From contig RBNJ01000293.1 in assembly GCA_003990765.1 (NCBI GenBank), positions 1-33,894 of the forward strand: 33,894 nt of DNA, in the 5' to 3' direction. Under the pieces are notes generated by a model. That model was given only the letters and a program-made list of their open reading frames with translations, did not search any database and had not been told where the DNA came from. The DNA is from Jimgerdemannia flammicorona (lineage: Eukaryota). Every line of letters starts with the position of its first letter. Position 1 is the stretch's first letter. This document shows, piece by piece, positions 33,533 to 33,894 of the stretch. The position numbers and the translations under genes are program-made.

Positions 33533-33894
33533 ACTATTGGGTGGGTGTTAGCAGTTTGGGTGGGTCTGGTGGGATATTGGCTATTTGTGTTTAAGGAGAG
33601 GTAGCAGATGAGTCTGCAGGAGAAGGTTATAAGGTGGAGGAGCTGTTGGGGGATCTGTTGACTGGATGGCGGATAGGTTGGGGTCCTTCAGGGTGGCAGC
33701 AGCATGGTTTGGTGGTAAGGATATGTGAACAGAGTGGTGGGAGGGTGGGAATTGTATTCGATAGAGTAGTGTTTCATCAAGAAGGGGTAGGAGGGAGGGG
33801 CCCCCCTAGGGGGATTGGATAGGGGGTGGGTTCATTGTATTTATATAGGATAGATGGGTATAATAAAGGATAAGTTCGAGTGACTATAAAAAAA
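33533..33894 (+). mobile_element. 5'-truncated LINE copy D (same family as C), ending in poly(A) at the window edge
   Basis: Near-identical reverse complement of 22831-23193. Confidence 0.95.

Noticed and set aside
22831..33894. ~360-bp inverted repeat (22831-23193 vs 33533-33894) as TIRs of a large DNA transposon
   Set aside because: Both are poly(A)-tailed 3' ends of the same LINE family inserted independently in opposite orientations.

Overview
Eukaryotic, fungal-like heterochromatic DNA made almost entirely of nested, decayed transposable elements. Short GT-AG introns with CTRAC-type branch sites and pervasive C>T/G>A decay support this reading; no intact host gene is visible. Left to right: 3' part of an L1/Tx1-like LINE (A); a 10.6-kb Ty3/Gypsy chromovirus (minus strand) with unusually long ~2.07-kb LTRs, each carrying a 365-codon ORF, and a dUTPase between Gag and protease; the 5' tip of a LINE; a 3'-truncated LINE (B); a spliced hAT transposase pseudogene facing a spliced pseudogene absent from the ORF track that I read as a TET/JBP-like 2OG-Fe(II) dioxygenase, both apparently inside one hAT-type terminus at 21348; two foldback hAT MITEs; a full-length LINE (C) with poly(A) and TSD; an AT-rich relic; and a second Gypsy-type element (plus strand, gag-PR-dUTPase) cut by a LINE 3' fragment (D). 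Best candidates for novelty: (1) a hAT transposon carrying a TET/JBP-like gene; (2) an LTR-embedded gene with its own promoter, synonymous-biased divergence and two ancestral PPxY motifs; (3) a CPHG-x11-CxxC module next to dUTPase in two retrotransposons with opposite domain order. All assignments come from manual translation and motif recognition; no database search was run.
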